Assembly (NCBI GenBank): GCA_045533625.1
Contig: JAZSID010000145.1
Coordinates: 1,166-65,165 of the forward strand
DNA: 64,000 bases
Direction: 5' to 3'
Source of the DNA: Acutalibacteraceae bacterium
GTDB taxonomy: Bacteria > Bacillota > Clostridia > Oscillospirales > Acutalibacteraceae
Made by a program: the position numbers and the translations under genes. Position 1 is the first letter of the stretch. Each line of letters starts with the position of its first letter. The notes under the pieces were generated by a model. That model had not been told where the DNA came from. It worked only from the letters and a program-made list of their open reading frames with translations, and made no database searches. This document shows positions 1 to 9,914 of the stretch, in pieces.

Positions 1-285
1 AAGCTCGTTTCTTTCTGCATTCGTTTTAGGAAAATCGGCACTTTCGAAAATAACCGAGTTACCCTGTCTGTTTGAAACCAGGGGAGTGCCGTTTCTGTCA
101 AGGAGTTCGCCTCGGGCCGCCGATACGATAGATTTTTTTGTCGAAACAGAACGGATCGAATCATATTTGTCTGCATCTATTACCTGAATTTTGACAAGTG
201 TGAATGCAAAAACGACAAATGCCGCCAGAATTATGCAAAGACTTGCCAATACTCTTGTTCGTGAAAGAAAAGAATTCAACCGCAT
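1..285 (-). CDS. mrdA: penicillin-binding protein 2 (elongation transpeptidase), N-terminal fragment running off the window
   Basis: Reverse-strand ATG at 283-285 preceded by GGAGG. Translation MRLNSFLSRTRVLASLCIILAAFVVFAFTLVKIQVIDADKYD...AARGELLDRNGTPLVSN gives a membrane anchor plus the ARGxIxDRNG PBP2 N-terminal motif. It lies directly downstream of mreBCD. Confidence 0.6.
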   Translation of the reverse strand, partial: MRLNSFLSRTRVLASLCIILAAFVVFAFTLVKIQVIDADKYDSIRSVSTKKSIVSAARGELLDRNGTPLVSNRQGNSVIFESADFPKTNAERNEL

Positions 286-314
286 CAACCTCCCTTTTAT
301 TTTAAATTAATCTT

Positions 315-833
315 TCAGTTAAGTTTTTTCTGCGCAAACCTTATCAGAAAATAGAATGCGGGAAAAAACAGCATTGTATATATTCCCGACGGTATGTAAA
401 AAGTAAGCAGCTTGTATGCGCCGTCAAAGTTTCCGCTGAAAATATAATCCTTGAGCCAGCAGACAAAAAGATACAGTATAACCGAACTTCCTGAAAGTAA
501 AAATCCTGTTACGATATTATTTCTCATGAGATATGTTATCAGACATCCGCACGCAAAACCGATTGCCGTCATCATTATCGCCTGATAATGACCGCCCGAC
601 GGGGATGATATATCCCACAAAAGTCCCGAAAACAGTCCGAAAAACATTCCCGGCATTTCACGTTCAAACATTGCAATGCTTACCAATGCCGGAATAAGAA
701 TGAACGCTCTGAAACCGAAAAAAGACGGAAGTAAACCTGCGGTATTCTGAAGCATTACAACACAAAGCAAGCCCACTGCGTAGCAAGCTCTTCTTATGTA
801 TATTTTTTTGTTGTCAAATTCACTTCCGGTCAC
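315..833 (-). CDS. mreD: rod shape-determining protein MreD
   Basis: 172-aa polytopic membrane ORF immediately after mreC in the conserved mreBCD order. Confidence 0.75.
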   Translation of the reverse strand: MTGSEFDNKKIYIRRACYAVGLLCVVMLQNTAGLLPSFFGFRAFILIPALVSIAMFEREMPGMFFGLFSGLLWDISSPSGGHYQAIMMTAIGFACGCLITYLMRNNIVTGFLLSGSSVILYLFVCWLKDYIFSGNFDGAYKLLTFYIPSGIYTMLFFPAFYFLIRFAQKKLN

Positions 834-851
834 TTATGCTTCTCCTGAAAA

Positions 852-1685
852 TCATTTGCTGAAATCGGTTATAATGAAAACATCAATAAGACTGTCGAAA
901 TCAACATACGGCTTTATGATGGCGTATGCCGAAATATTCTCTGTCGCATCCGTAATCTCGGTTACCTCACCGATAAGAAGATCTTTCGGATAAATTCCGC
1001 CCGTACCCGATGTACATACAATTCCGCCCGTTGACATGGCTGTTGTTCTTGTAGCACCTGCAAGACGGATAAGACCGTTATCCGCAAGCGAAGCCGTTGT
1101 TTCGATATATCCCGCTTCGCGCGTACGGATTTCAAAAGCACTGACGAATACTCCCGGATTTAAAAGTGTGCTGACCGTACACTGAGTAGGACTTACCGAA
1201 GTAACAACGCCGACAAGATAGCTCTCATAAATTACGGGGTCATCGACTTCAATATCATGAAGAGAACCTTTATTAAGCGTCATTGTTCCGTATGCACCCG
1301 AAGGGTCGGATGAAATATTTGATGCCGGAACAAAACGGTAATCGGGATTATCCTCTTTTATTTCGAGAAACTTTTCATACAGTTCAAGCTTTTGCTGAAG
1401 CTGTTCGTAATCGGCAACCTTTGCTCTGCTTGACGAAAGTTCTTTGCGAAGCTCTTTAACCTTCTCTTCGTAGTACGCAGAGGAGCGGAAGCTTATCTGC
1501 AAGTTGTCAAGACCTGCCGCAGCTTTTGCCGCAAGTCGCTCAACGGGACCGAAAACAAAGCTTACCGCCATCGAAAACGGAGATTCTTTTTCGTACGTCA
1601 GGGCAGAAAGTGCCGAACCGCACAAAAGCACCGCGATAACAGCCGCAAACGCTTTGAAAGTGTAGCTTTTAAAAAAACGTTTCAT
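852..1685 (-). CDS. mreC: rod shape-determining protein MreC
   Basis: 277 aa with an N-terminal anchor, a coiled-coil (KVKELRKELSSSRAKVADYEQLQQKLELYEKF) and a beta-rich C-terminus. It sits between mreB and mreD. Confidence 0.85.
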   Translation of the reverse strand: MKRFFKSYTFKAFAAVIAVLLCGSALSALTYEKESPFSMAVSFVFGPVERLAAKAAAGLDNLQISFRSSAYYEEKVKELRKELSSSRAKVADYEQLQQKLELYEKFLEIKEDNPDYRFVPASNISSDPSGAYGTMTLNKGSLHDIEVDDPVIYESYLVGVVTSVSPTQCTVSTLLNPGVFVSAFEIRTREAGYIETTASLADNGLIRLAGATRTTAMSTGGIVCTSGTGGIYPKDLLIGEVTEITDATENISAYAIIKPYVDFDSLIDVFIITDFSK

Positions 1686-1704
1686 TCTGTGAACTCACCA
1701 CAAA

Positions 1705-2721
1705 TCATTTTCTGTTGCTTGAGAATTTTGCCAATGCACTGCTTTCAAGACAAATGCCCGTTCCGTCAACAACACAGTCAAGCGGTTTTTCCGCAACAAG
1801 CACGGGAATTCTTGTTTCTTCCGCAATAAGTCTGTCAAGACCGCGAAGAAGCGCTCCGCCGCCCGTAAGCATAATACCGTGGTCGATGATATCGGACGCA
1901 AGCTCGGGAGGAGTCTTTTCAAGAGTAAGCTTTACTGCATCGAGAATTGCATTAACGGGATCTTCCATTGCTTCGCGGACTTCCTCCGAAGTAATCTCGA
2001 TGTGCTTGGGCAGACCGTCCATGAGGTTTCTGCCCTTAATGTGCATGGCACCCTCTCCGTCATAAGGATATGCAGAGCCGATTTTTATTTTGATCTCCTC
2101 GGCAGTTCTGTCACCGATAAGAAGATTATATTTCTTTTTAATGTATGCAATTATTGCTTCATCGAAAGTATTGCCTGCAACTCTTGCAGAACGTGAAGTT
2201 ACGATATCTCCGAGCGAAATAACCGCTACTTCCGCAGTACCTCCGCCAATATCAACAACCATACTGCCCGTTGCTTCGCCAACAGGAAGTCTTGCACCGA
2301 TTGCCGCCGCCATAGGCTCTTCGATAAGGCTGACAAACTTTGCGCCTGCACTTTTGGCAGCATCGTAAACGGCACGTCTTTCAACCTCGGTAACGCCTGA
2401 AGGGATACAGATCATAACTCTTGCTCTGCTGAAAGGCGAACTGCTGACGGCACGGCGGATAAATGCCTTTAACATTTCCGCAGTAATTTCAAAGTCGGCA
2501 ATAACGCCGTCTTTTAACGGGCGAACGGCGGTGATTGAGCCGGGAGTACGGCCAATCATCTCTTTCGCTTCGGCACCGACAGCAACAACTCTGGGAGGAT
2601 TGCTTCTCTGGTCAACCGCTACAACAGACGGCTCTCTTATCACAATACCTTTTCCCTTAACAAAAACAAGTGTATTTGCAGTACCGAGATCGATACCTAT
2701 ATCCTGTGAAAACAGTAACAT
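1705..2721 (-). CDS. mreB: rod shape-determining actin homologue MreB
   Basis: 338 aa. [27 protein letters not shown] and [16 protein letters not shown] are actin-fold phosphate/adenosine motifs typical of MreB. Confidence 0.95.
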   Translation of the reverse strand: MLLFSQDIGIDLGTANTLVFVKGKGIVIREPSVVAVDQRSNPPRVVAVGAEAKEMIGRTPGSITAVRPLKDGVIADFEITAEMLKAFIRRAVSSSPFSRARVMICIPSGVTEVERRAVYDAAKSAGAKFVSLIEEPMAAAIGARLPVGEATGSMVVDIGGGTAEVAVISLGDIVTSRSARVAGNTFDEAIIAYIKKKYNLLIGDRTAEEIKIKIGSAYPYDGEGAMHIKGRNLMDGLPKHIEITSEEVREAMEDPVNAILDAVKLTLEKTPPELASDIIDHGIMLTGGGALLRGLDRLIAEETRIPVLVAEKPLDCVVDGTGICLESSALAKFSSNRK

Positions 2722-2733
2722 CAGGATTCCTCC

Positions 2734-3444
2734 TTATTTGAATACGATTGAATTAAGAACGCTGTTAAAATCGACGCTCTGTTCTTTTGCCGCATCAACG
2801 GTACAGGTTATCTGAAAAACCGTTGTTCCGACCGAAAGTACATACGTCTTTCGGATAACGTTGCCGATTTCATATTTTACGCAAGTTGCGGGAAGTTTAC
2901 CGACTTTAGAATCTGTCTGTTCAAATTCATACTCGGCATCCCCGAGTTTTGCTCTTGAGTTTTCCATTTCCTGAAGGACACTTGCAACATTTTCACCCAT
3001 GTCATCATAGATAGAAACAGTTGCTCCCGTTTCGGTATGAGAAAGAATTATGCGGTTTGCGCCATCCTGTGTCCATCCTTCGGGAATGGTTACGGAGTAA
3101 TATTTATTTTCTGCCTTTTTTTCGTCCTCTATAAGATTGGGGAAAGTAATGGAGTTTGTGGCATATTCTTCTTTCTGAATTACGGAAACAGTCTCGCCGT
3201 TTTCATCCGTTACCGTCTGTGTCGGAGCAGGGATGGGCTTTTTTGTTTTACTGTCTGTCATTACCTCAACAAGATTCCCGTGTTTATCCTGTATTGTAAC
3301 GCCGTTTTCATCTGTTACAAGAATGTGTTCCATTCCCTGTTTGTCAACAATCAGAACACCGTACTTACTGCGTTTTTCACATGCGGCAAAAGAGAATAAT
3401 GCCAAAATAAAAACAAGAAATACACAAAATGCTCTTTTATTCAT
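2734..3444 (-). CDS. putative lipoprotein (unknown function)
   Basis: Signal peptide with lipobox LFSFAAC; 236 aa; no recognisable catalytic motif. Confidence 0.6.
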   Translation of the reverse strand: MNKRAFCVFLVFILALFSFAACEKRSKYGVLIVDKQGMEHILVTDENGVTIQDKHGNLVEVMTDSKTKKPIPAPTQTVTDENGETVSVIQKEEYATNSITFPNLIEDEKKAENKYYSVTIPEGWTQDGANRIILSHTETGATVSIYDDMGENVASVLQEMENSRAKLGDAEYEFEQTDSKVGKLPATCVKYEIGNVIRKTYVLSVGTTVFQITCTVDAAKEQSVDFNSVLNSIVFK

Positions 3445-3487
3445 TTATTATGCCCATTCCTTTCCTTACAAACCGATAAGAACAAGA

Positions 3488-4102
3488 TTATTTTACTTTT
3501 TTAGTTGAGGGATTTTCTCCTACCTCAACAAGGACAAATGCAAGTGTCCAGAGGATTACGGCACATGCACAACCAATCATCAGAAATCCTGCCGAAGTTA
3601 TCTGCAAAACTCTGATTTTTACAACGGCACCTACAAGCCAGCTGAGAATACCCGATTCCATAAGACCAAAATCGGAAACGCCGATGCTTCCGTCAACAAA
3701 CGGCTGTGCAAACGCATTAAATGCCACAAACATTCCGACAAGGCTCAGAATCGTTATAACGGACGTGATGAGAACGCCTCTTCTTTTTCTGCCGAAAATT
3801 GCAATTGCGGCAGTAATTACCGCAAGCAAAACCGCCACAGCAAGAAAAGAACCTGATGTAATAAGCGCCGGCAAGGTTGCTTTGACCTCTTCAGAAAGAG
3901 TGAGGTCTCCAAAGCCTTCAAAAGTGCTTCCTTTTCCGAAGAAAAGAGCATAGATATCGTAAAGGCTCATCGACTCTCCGATGTATGAATCTAAAAGAGC
4001 TACGTCGCCGACAAGGCGGATCATCGGACTGAACAAGGCAATCGGAATTATTGCCAGCGACAAAAGCGCCGCAACCGATTTATAAACTATTCTGTATACC
4101 AT
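3488..4102 (-). CDS. integral membrane protein (unknown function)
   Basis: 204-aa ORF with 5-6 hydrophobic helices; tight spacing with its neighbours. Confidence 0.55.
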   Translation of the reverse strand: MVYRIVYKSVAALLSLAIIPIALFSPMIRLVGDVALLDSYIGESMSLYDIYALFFGKGSTFEGFGDLTLSEEVKATLPALITSGSFLAVAVLLAVITAAIAIFGRKRRGVLITSVITILSLVGMFVAFNAFAQPFVDGSIGVSDFGLMESGILSWLVGAVVKIRVLQITSAGFLMIGCACAVILWTLAFVLVEVGENPSTKKVK

Positions 4103-4117
4103 ATCGGCAATCCTTTC

Positions 4118-5767
4118 TTATTTCCAGGAGGAATTGAGCGCAACAGTTCTGTTGATGATAATATTATCGGGAGTGCTGTCTTTATCTGCACAAAAATATC
4201 CCTGACGCATAAACTGGAATACATCACCGCTCTTTACGTCGCGAAGACCGCCTTCAAGAAGACAATCTTTAAGAACAACCAGAGATTCGGGATTGAAATG
4301 CTTTTCGTAATCGTCGCTCGGATCCTCAACGTTGAAAAGTCTGTCATAAAGACGAACCTCCGCCTTGACGCAATCAGCCGCACTTACCCAGTGAAGTGTA
4401 CCCTTGACTTTTCTGCCGTCGGGAGAATTTCCGCCCTTGCTTTCGGGGTCATAGGTACAGTGAAGACAGGTAACTTCTCCGTTCTCGTCTGTTTCGTAGC
4501 TTTCACAGCGAACAAAATATGCACTCTTGAGACGGACTTCGTTACCGGGATACAGACGGAAATACTTCTTTACGGGCTCTGCCATAAAGTCGTCCTGTTC
4601 AACATATATCTCTCTTGAGAAAGTAACCTTTCTCGTACCCATTTCGGGATGATCGGGATGTACCTCAACCTCAAGCTCTTCTGTCTGACCTTCGGGGTAG
4701 TTGTCAATAATAACCTTGAGAGGACGAAGTACTGCCATGGCTCTCGGAGCAGTATCGCCGAGTGCATCTCTGGCACAAGCTTCCAAAAGACCGTAGTCAA
4801 CAACACTGTTTGCCTTGGCAACACCGACTCTTTCTATAAAGTCACGGACTGCCGCCGCGGGATATCCTCTTCTGCGGATACCGCTGAGTGTAACCATTCT
4901 CGGGTCATCCCAGCCGCTGACGATTCCTTTTTCTACCATTTCAAGACATTTTCTCTTGCTTGTTACGCAATAATTGAGGTTAAGTCTTGCAAACTCTATC
5001 TGTCTGGGCGGCTCTTCAAAACCGATTTCATTAATGAACCAGTTGTAAAGCGGACGGTGATTTTCAAATTCAAGTGAGCAGAGAGAATATGTTACTCTCT
5101 CCTTTGCGTCAGAAAGAGGATGTGCAAAGTCGTACATCGGATAAACGCACCACTTGTCACCTGTCTGGTGATGTGAAACGTGAGAAATTCTGTAAATAAC
5201 AGGGTCACGCATATTAAGGTTCGGTGATGCCATATCAATCGTTGCACGAAGCATCTTTTCACCGTTACCGAATTCACCGTCTGTCATACGCTTGAAGAGG
5301 TCCATGTTCTCCTCAACCGAACGGTTTCTGTACGGACTTTCCTTACCCGGCTCGGTAAGAGTACCTCTGTATTCGCGGATTTCGTCAGCGGTAAGGTCGT
5401 CAACATAAGCCTTGCCGTCCTGAATGAGCTTGAGAGCGCACTCGTAAACGAAATCGAAATAACCTGAAGCGTAGAAAATATTCTCCCACTTGAAGCCAAG
5501 CCACTGAATGTCTTCCTTGATTGCCTCGATGTATTCGACATCCTCTCTTGACGGGTTTGTATCATCAAAACGAAGATTGCAGATGCCGTTATACTTTTCA
5601 GCTGTGCTGAAGTCGATGCACAAAGCCTTTGCGTGACCGATGTGGAGATATCCGTTCGGTTCAGGCGGGAAACGGGTCTGCACACGGGTGTTAACTCCGT
5701 TCTTAAGGTCTTCATCTATAAAATCGTGAATAAAATTGGAAACTTTCATTTCTTCTTCCATTTTCAA
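4118..5767 (-). CDS. glnS: glutamine--tRNA ligase
   Basis: 549 aa. Class I HIGH motif [19 protein letters not shown]-type VTSKRK, and a GlnRS-type C-terminal anticodon-binding beta-barrel region. Confidence 0.93.
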   Translation of the reverse strand: MKMEEEMKVSNFIHDFIDEDLKNGVNTRVQTRFPPEPNGYLHIGHAKALCIDFSTAEKYNGICNLRFDDTNPSREDVEYIEAIKEDIQWLGFKWENIFYASGYFDFVYECALKLIQDGKAYVDDLTADEIREYRGTLTEPGKESPYRNRSVEENMDLFKRMTDGEFGNGEKMLRATIDMASPNLNMRDPVIYRISHVSHHQTGDKWCVYPMYDFAHPLSDAKERVTYSLCSLEFENHRPLYNWFINEIGFEEPPRQIEFARLNLNYCVTSKRKCLEMVEKGIVSGWDDPRMVTLSGIRRRGYPAAAVRDFIERVGVAKANSVVDYGLLEACARDALGDTAPRAMAVLRPLKVIIDNYPEGQTEELEVEVHPDHPEMGTRKVTFSREIYVEQDDFMAEPVKKYFRLYPGNEVRLKSAYFVRCESYETDENGEVTCLHCTYDPESKGGNSPDGRKVKGTLHWVSAADCVKAEVRLYDRLFNVEDPSDDYEKHFNPESLVVLKDCLLEGGLRDVKSGDVFQFMRQGYFCADKDSTPDNIIINRTVALNSSWK

Positions 5768-5776
5768 TACCCCCTG

Positions 5777-7438
5777 TTATTTATATTCATTGAGTGCGTT
5801 TGTAAGTCTTGCCTTGATTTCATCATTGCCGAGAAGGGCGATGATTGAATGAAGGTCAGGTGTGTTACGGCGTGATGTTATTGCAACACGGATAACCGTT
5901 GAAATGTCTCCGACGTGACCCTTGAAAGCTTCGGGATTTTTCTTATACTCCTTTACGTTGGGAGTAAAGCCGAGAGGCTCGCAAAGCTCCTTAATTTTAT
6001 TGAACCAGGTGTCCTTATCATCCTCTGCATCAAACACGTTAAGATAAGCTTCAAGAATTGCCGCAGCGTCTTCTTTTGAGATATTTTCGGGAAGAGTGTA
6101 ATCGGGAGTATAGATTTCATTATAGAAATATGAAATATAGTCCTTGATTTCGTCCCATTTTGCAATGTCCTTACGAGGCTTTGCGGTTCCTCTGTCGATT
6201 GAAAGAATACCCTTTGCAAATGCTTCATCGGCAGAAAGAAGCTTGTAAAGTTCTTCGTCAAAAGCCTTTGCCCACGCAAGTGCTTTTTCATAGACATCGT
6301 CAGCAGTCATAAGTGAAATTACGTTTTTGCTGACGTCGTTGAGCTTATTGAGGTCAAACAACGCACCGCTTGCGCTCATCTTCTTAAGATTGAACGGGAA
6401 AGCTGACTGAGGTGCATCCTTGTTTGTCTTTCTCCAATCCTCAAAGTTTGAGTTTGCGATTGTGAGAAGGTATTCAATAACACTTTCCTTCGGATAACCG
6501 CTTTCTGTGTAGAATGAAACGGAAGCTTCAGGATCCTTACGCTTTGAAAGCTTACGCTTACCGCCGTTATCCTCTTTCATAATCGGTGAAATGTGTGCAA
6601 ACTTCGGCACTTTATATTCACAAGCCTTGAAAAGCTGAATGTGTGTAGGTACGGAAGAAATCCATTCGTCACCGCGTACAACGTGAGTTGTTCTCATAAA
6701 GTGGTCATCAACTGCGTGTGCGAAATGGTATGTCGGGATACCGTCAGTTTTAAGAAGGACGATATCCTGAATGTTTTCGGGCATTTCAATTTTGCCCTTG
6801 ATAAGGTCTTCAAACTTGATTCTGTTTTCAGGCTTTCCGGGTGAGCGAAGACGAACCGTAAACGGTTTACCTGATTCGATATTCGCCTGTTGCTCCTCAA
6901 AGCTGAGGTCACGGCACTTTGCCCATTCGCCGAAGTAGCCCTGAATTGAAGTGCCTGCAGTTTCCTGCTCAGCACGGATTGCAGTAAGCTCATCTTCTGA
7001 ACAGAAGCAAGGATAAGCAAGTCCTTTTATAACAAGAGATTTTGCAATTGTCTGGTAAACTTCTTTTCTGTGGCTCTGCTGATACGGGCCGTAGTCGCCT
7101 CTTTCAGCGTTGAAGCCGATTACGCCTTCGTCAGGCTCCATACCGAAATCACTGAGACCCTGGATAATTGCAGAAACACCGTCTTCAATCTCTCTCTTTT
7201 TGTCGGTATCTTCAATTCGGAGGATGAAAACTCCGTCATCGGTTGCTCTTGTTGTAAGACGTGCAACCATTGAAGCGAAAAGACCGCCGAGGTGGAGGAA
7301 ACCTGTCGGGCTCGGTGCGAAACGGGAAACTCTCGCGCCCTCTGACAACCCTCTTTCGGGATATATTTTTTCATAATCCTCAGGAGTTTTTGTTATGTGT
7401 GGAAACATCAACTCCGCAAGTTTTTCATAATTGCTCAT
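5777..7438 (-). CDS. gltX: glutamate--tRNA ligase
   Basis: 553 aa. RFAPSPTGFLHLGG (HIGH) and KLSKRK (KMSKS); 9 nt upstream of glnS, so probably one operon. Confidence 0.93.
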   Translation of the reverse strand: MSNYEKLAELMFPHITKTPEDYEKIYPERGLSEGARVSRFAPSPTGFLHLGGLFASMVARLTTRATDDGVFILRIEDTDKKREIEDGVSAIIQGLSDFGMEPDEGVIGFNAERGDYGPYQQSHRKEVYQTIAKSLVIKGLAYPCFCSEDELTAIRAEQETAGTSIQGYFGEWAKCRDLSFEEQQANIESGKPFTVRLRSPGKPENRIKFEDLIKGKIEMPENIQDIVLLKTDGIPTYHFAHAVDDHFMRTTHVVRGDEWISSVPTHIQLFKACEYKVPKFAHISPIMKEDNGGKRKLSKRKDPEASVSFYTESGYPKESVIEYLLTIANSNFEDWRKTNKDAPQSAFPFNLKKMSASGALFDLNKLNDVSKNVISLMTADDVYEKALAWAKAFDEELYKLLSADEAFAKGILSIDRGTAKPRKDIAKWDEIKDYISYFYNEIYTPDYTLPENISKEDAAAILEAYLNVFDAEDDKDTWFNKIKELCEPLGFTPNVKEYKKNPEAFKGHVGDISTVIRVAITSRRNTPDLHSIIALLGNDEIKARLTNALNEYK

Positions 7439-7631
7439 ATTAAATGCTCCTTAAAAAGGTATAGATTTTTCACTTATACCCCAAGATAAATATACACTGT
7501 ATATTATCGCAGAAAATGTCGCAAGTATCAAGAGTTAATTTCGAAAATTTAGATAAAATCTTCAATAAAAATACTATTCAATTTACTTTTAATGTTGATT
7601 GTGGTATTATTGAAGAAAAGGTGGTGATTTC

Positions 7632-8015
7632 GTGAGTATTTCAAAGACTACAAAAGAAATATACAACGAACTTCTTAAGATTTCTGATTTACACTCTGTT
7701 CCTGAACTGAACGGTGAAATCCTGATTTGGAGATTATATAAAAATACTTATATAAAAGCGTATTGCGATGGTTATGATTCTTGCATTGAAATAATCAGTG
7801 ACTCTCCTTGGAAAGGTCAACTGACTCATTGGCACCCAGAGGAAGATGAGATTTTCAACCATCTTTATACTCTTGGTAAAAAAGGAAACATTCTTGTTTT
7901 AAAAAAAGTTCTGTCGCATTATGATATTATTTATATAGGAGAACCTGATAAATACCATTTAAATAAAAACAAAAAATGGCAGTGGGGCAAATTAATATAT
8001 CTGGAACAAAAATAA
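7632..8015 (+). CDS. hypothetical protein (AT-rich, GTG start)
   Basis: 127-aa ORF with RBS AAGGTGGTGA 5 nt upstream of the GTG; followed by the terminator at 8021-8044. Confidence 0.5.
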   Translation: MSISKTTKEIYNELLKISDLHSVPELNGEILIWRLYKNTYIKAYCDGYDSCIEIISDSPWKGQLTHWHPEEDEIFNHLYTLGKKGNILVLKKVLSHYDIIYIGEPDKYHLNKNKKWQWGKLIYLEQK

Positions 8016-8020
8016 ATTTA

Positions 8021-8044
8021 CAGCAGAGTGAATTCACTCTGCTG
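8021..8044. terminator. bidirectional intrinsic terminator between convergent genes
   Basis: Perfect 24-nt palindrome CAGCAGAGTGAA/TTCACTCTGCTG followed by TATCTCTTTTTT on the + strand and an A/T-rich tract on the other side. Confidence 0.6.
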
Positions 8045-8078
8045 TATCTCTTTTTTACAAAACCTTGTACATAATTAT

Positions 8079-9911
8079 TTATTTCACCAACGGCATTTCC
8101 GTCATACGGAGATTTGTGCAGCCGTAAGGTATCATTTCAAGTTCGACGGCTTCGCCTGTCGGCACTCGTGATGACGGTACTTCCGTGCAGATTCCGTCAA
8201 CGATTTCCCACTCTATCGGCACAAACTTCGCCTTGATTTTAAGCGGAGCTTCTTCGGGTGAAAACGGCATATTGCCAACCTCACCAAAGCTGACTTCAAA
8301 GCTGTCATCAGCAAAAGCGTAATTCCACGGTGTTGTCGGATAAATTTCATAATCGCAGTACGGGAATTTTCTTTCAACTTCGTTACGGACATATTCTTTC
8401 TTTTCCCATCTTTCACCTATCGGAAGTGAGAATGTAAGATTTCCGCGTCTGACGCAGTACATATCGTTATCACGCTCGTAAAGCTTTGCTTCAAAACTGA
8501 AAGTTACATTGACCGTCGCTTCATTTTCAAGCTTTACGGTTATTTTATTATAGCCTGTTTTTGCATCTGATGAGTTGATTTTCGTATTTACCGCACCATC
8601 GGGAACTCTGAGATAAAGTGCGACTTCGCACGGCTTTTCAGCCTTTATTTTAACCGAGTAACCGTCCTCAAAAGGATAGTTTGTTATGATTTCTGCGGTT
8701 ATATTTCCGTCAGTAAGCTTTGACGGAGCGATTGCCGTTACCGCAATTCCGTCCTCTGCCTTCATAAACGTGCTCATCGCAAACTTCGGCCAACCCTGGT
8801 TGAAGTTTGCCGTACAGCAACCGTAATTCGGTTCAAGACCGAAGAGGTGAGATTCTTCTGAATTCGTATCAAAAGGCTGTTTACCGTCCGGAAAACGCAC
8901 ACACTGCATCTGGTTTGACATCTGGTCGTACTGATGCGACCACATATCGGGGCTTATTGTTGCAGGCAATGCGTTAAACGTTGCTTTTTCAAGCATATCT
9001 GCCCAATAAGCATCACCCGTAATTGCCGTGAGCCATTCGTAGGAATACATCGCTTCCGTTACGGAGCAACACTCTGAGCCGTGAATCGGACTTCTTCCGC
9101 TGAGGCATTCGTCGCCTGAAAAATGCTCGCAAGCCATTCCGTGGTCACGGAGAAGGATTTCTATGCTGTTTTTCGCAAAAGCATTTGAATCTTTACCCGT
9201 AAAACGGGAAAGAAGCGCATATGCTTTTATCATCATACCCATATTTACAACGTGGTTAAGGAAGCTCCAACGCTCACGTCTTTCGGCATATCGCCAATCC
9301 GAGAAAAGCTTTTCGTAATCCACACCGTGAATTTCAAGCTTCTGCACAAGGTCGAGCATCCAGTTCTCAGGCTGTCTTTCATAAAGCCACATGAGAGGAA
9401 CAAGACATTCAAACCACCTTGCAGCTGCCCAATCGAAGAGAATATTACTCTCAATATGACGGTCAAGATTCTTAAGTGCCTTATAAATTACGGGTTGAAT
9501 TTTCTCTTCGTCCTTGGCACAGTCTGCGTAAAGAGCAAGCACCTTGCAGATGAGAAAAACTGCCCAAACATCATATTCGTTGCGTTTTTCACGCGGACAC
9601 GGTGCAATCCAACCATCTTCCTGCTGACGTTCAACAATTGCATCGATATATTTTTTCGCTCTTGCAATCAGGTCCTCATCCTCAAGCTGATATGCAAGAG
9701 GAATGAAACCGTCGAGCCAATAAGGTACTCGTTCCCAACCTTCACAACTGCCGCCAACCCACGCGCTGTCGCGGATATCGGGCCAGATTTTGTCGAGGTT
9801 GCCTGAAAGACCTTCCGCCTGAATACGGAGCTGATTTTCAAGCCAACCTGTCGGTTTGAGTTCGTTTGTTGTGTATTGTTTGAAAACTAAAGGTTTTAAC
9901 ACTTTAATCAC
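8079..9911 (-). CDS. glycoside hydrolase family 127-like protein (beta-L-arabinofuranosidase / DUF1680 type)
   Basis: 610 aa. N-terminal LKPTGWLENQLRIQAEGLSG, conserved cysteines (ECCSVTEA, NYGCCTANFNQGWPK) resembling the GH127 Cys-rich catalytic/zinc site. Assigned from memory of the family. Confidence 0.55.
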   Translation of the reverse strand: MIKVLKPLVFKQYTTNELKPTGWLENQLRIQAEGLSGNLDKIWPDIRDSAWVGGSCEGWERVPYWLDGFIPLAYQLEDEDLIARAKKYIDAIVERQQEDGWIAPCPREKRNEYDVWAVFLICKVLALYADCAKDEEKIQPVIYKALKNLDRHIESNILFDWAAARWFECLVPLMWLYERQPENWMLDLVQKLEIHGVDYEKLFSDWRYAERRERWSFLNHVVNMGMMIKAYALLSRFTGKDSNAFAKNSIEILLRDHGMACEHFSGDECLSGRSPIHGSECCSVTEAMYSYEWLTAITGDAYWADMLEKATFNALPATISPDMWSHQYDQMSNQMQCVRFPDGKQPFDTNSEESHLFGLEPNYGCCTANFNQGWPKFAMSTFMKAEDGIAVTAIAPSKLTDGNITAEIITNYPFEDGYSVKIKAEKPCEVALYLRVPDGAVNTKINSSDAKTGYNKITVKLENEATVNVTFSFEAKLYERDNDMYCVRRGNLTFSLPIGERWEKKEYVRNEVERKFPYCDYEIYPTTPWNYAFADDSFEVSFGEVGNMPFSPEEAPLKIKAKFVPIEWEIVDGICTEVPSSRVPTGEAVELEMIPYGCTNLRMTEMPLVK

Positions 9912-9914
9912 CTC

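Noticed and set aside
7439-7631. A possible T-box leader upstream of gltX.
   Set aside because: The region is under 200 nt, partly taken up by the divergent promoter of the 127-aa ORF, and has no T-box sequence or specifier/terminator architecture.
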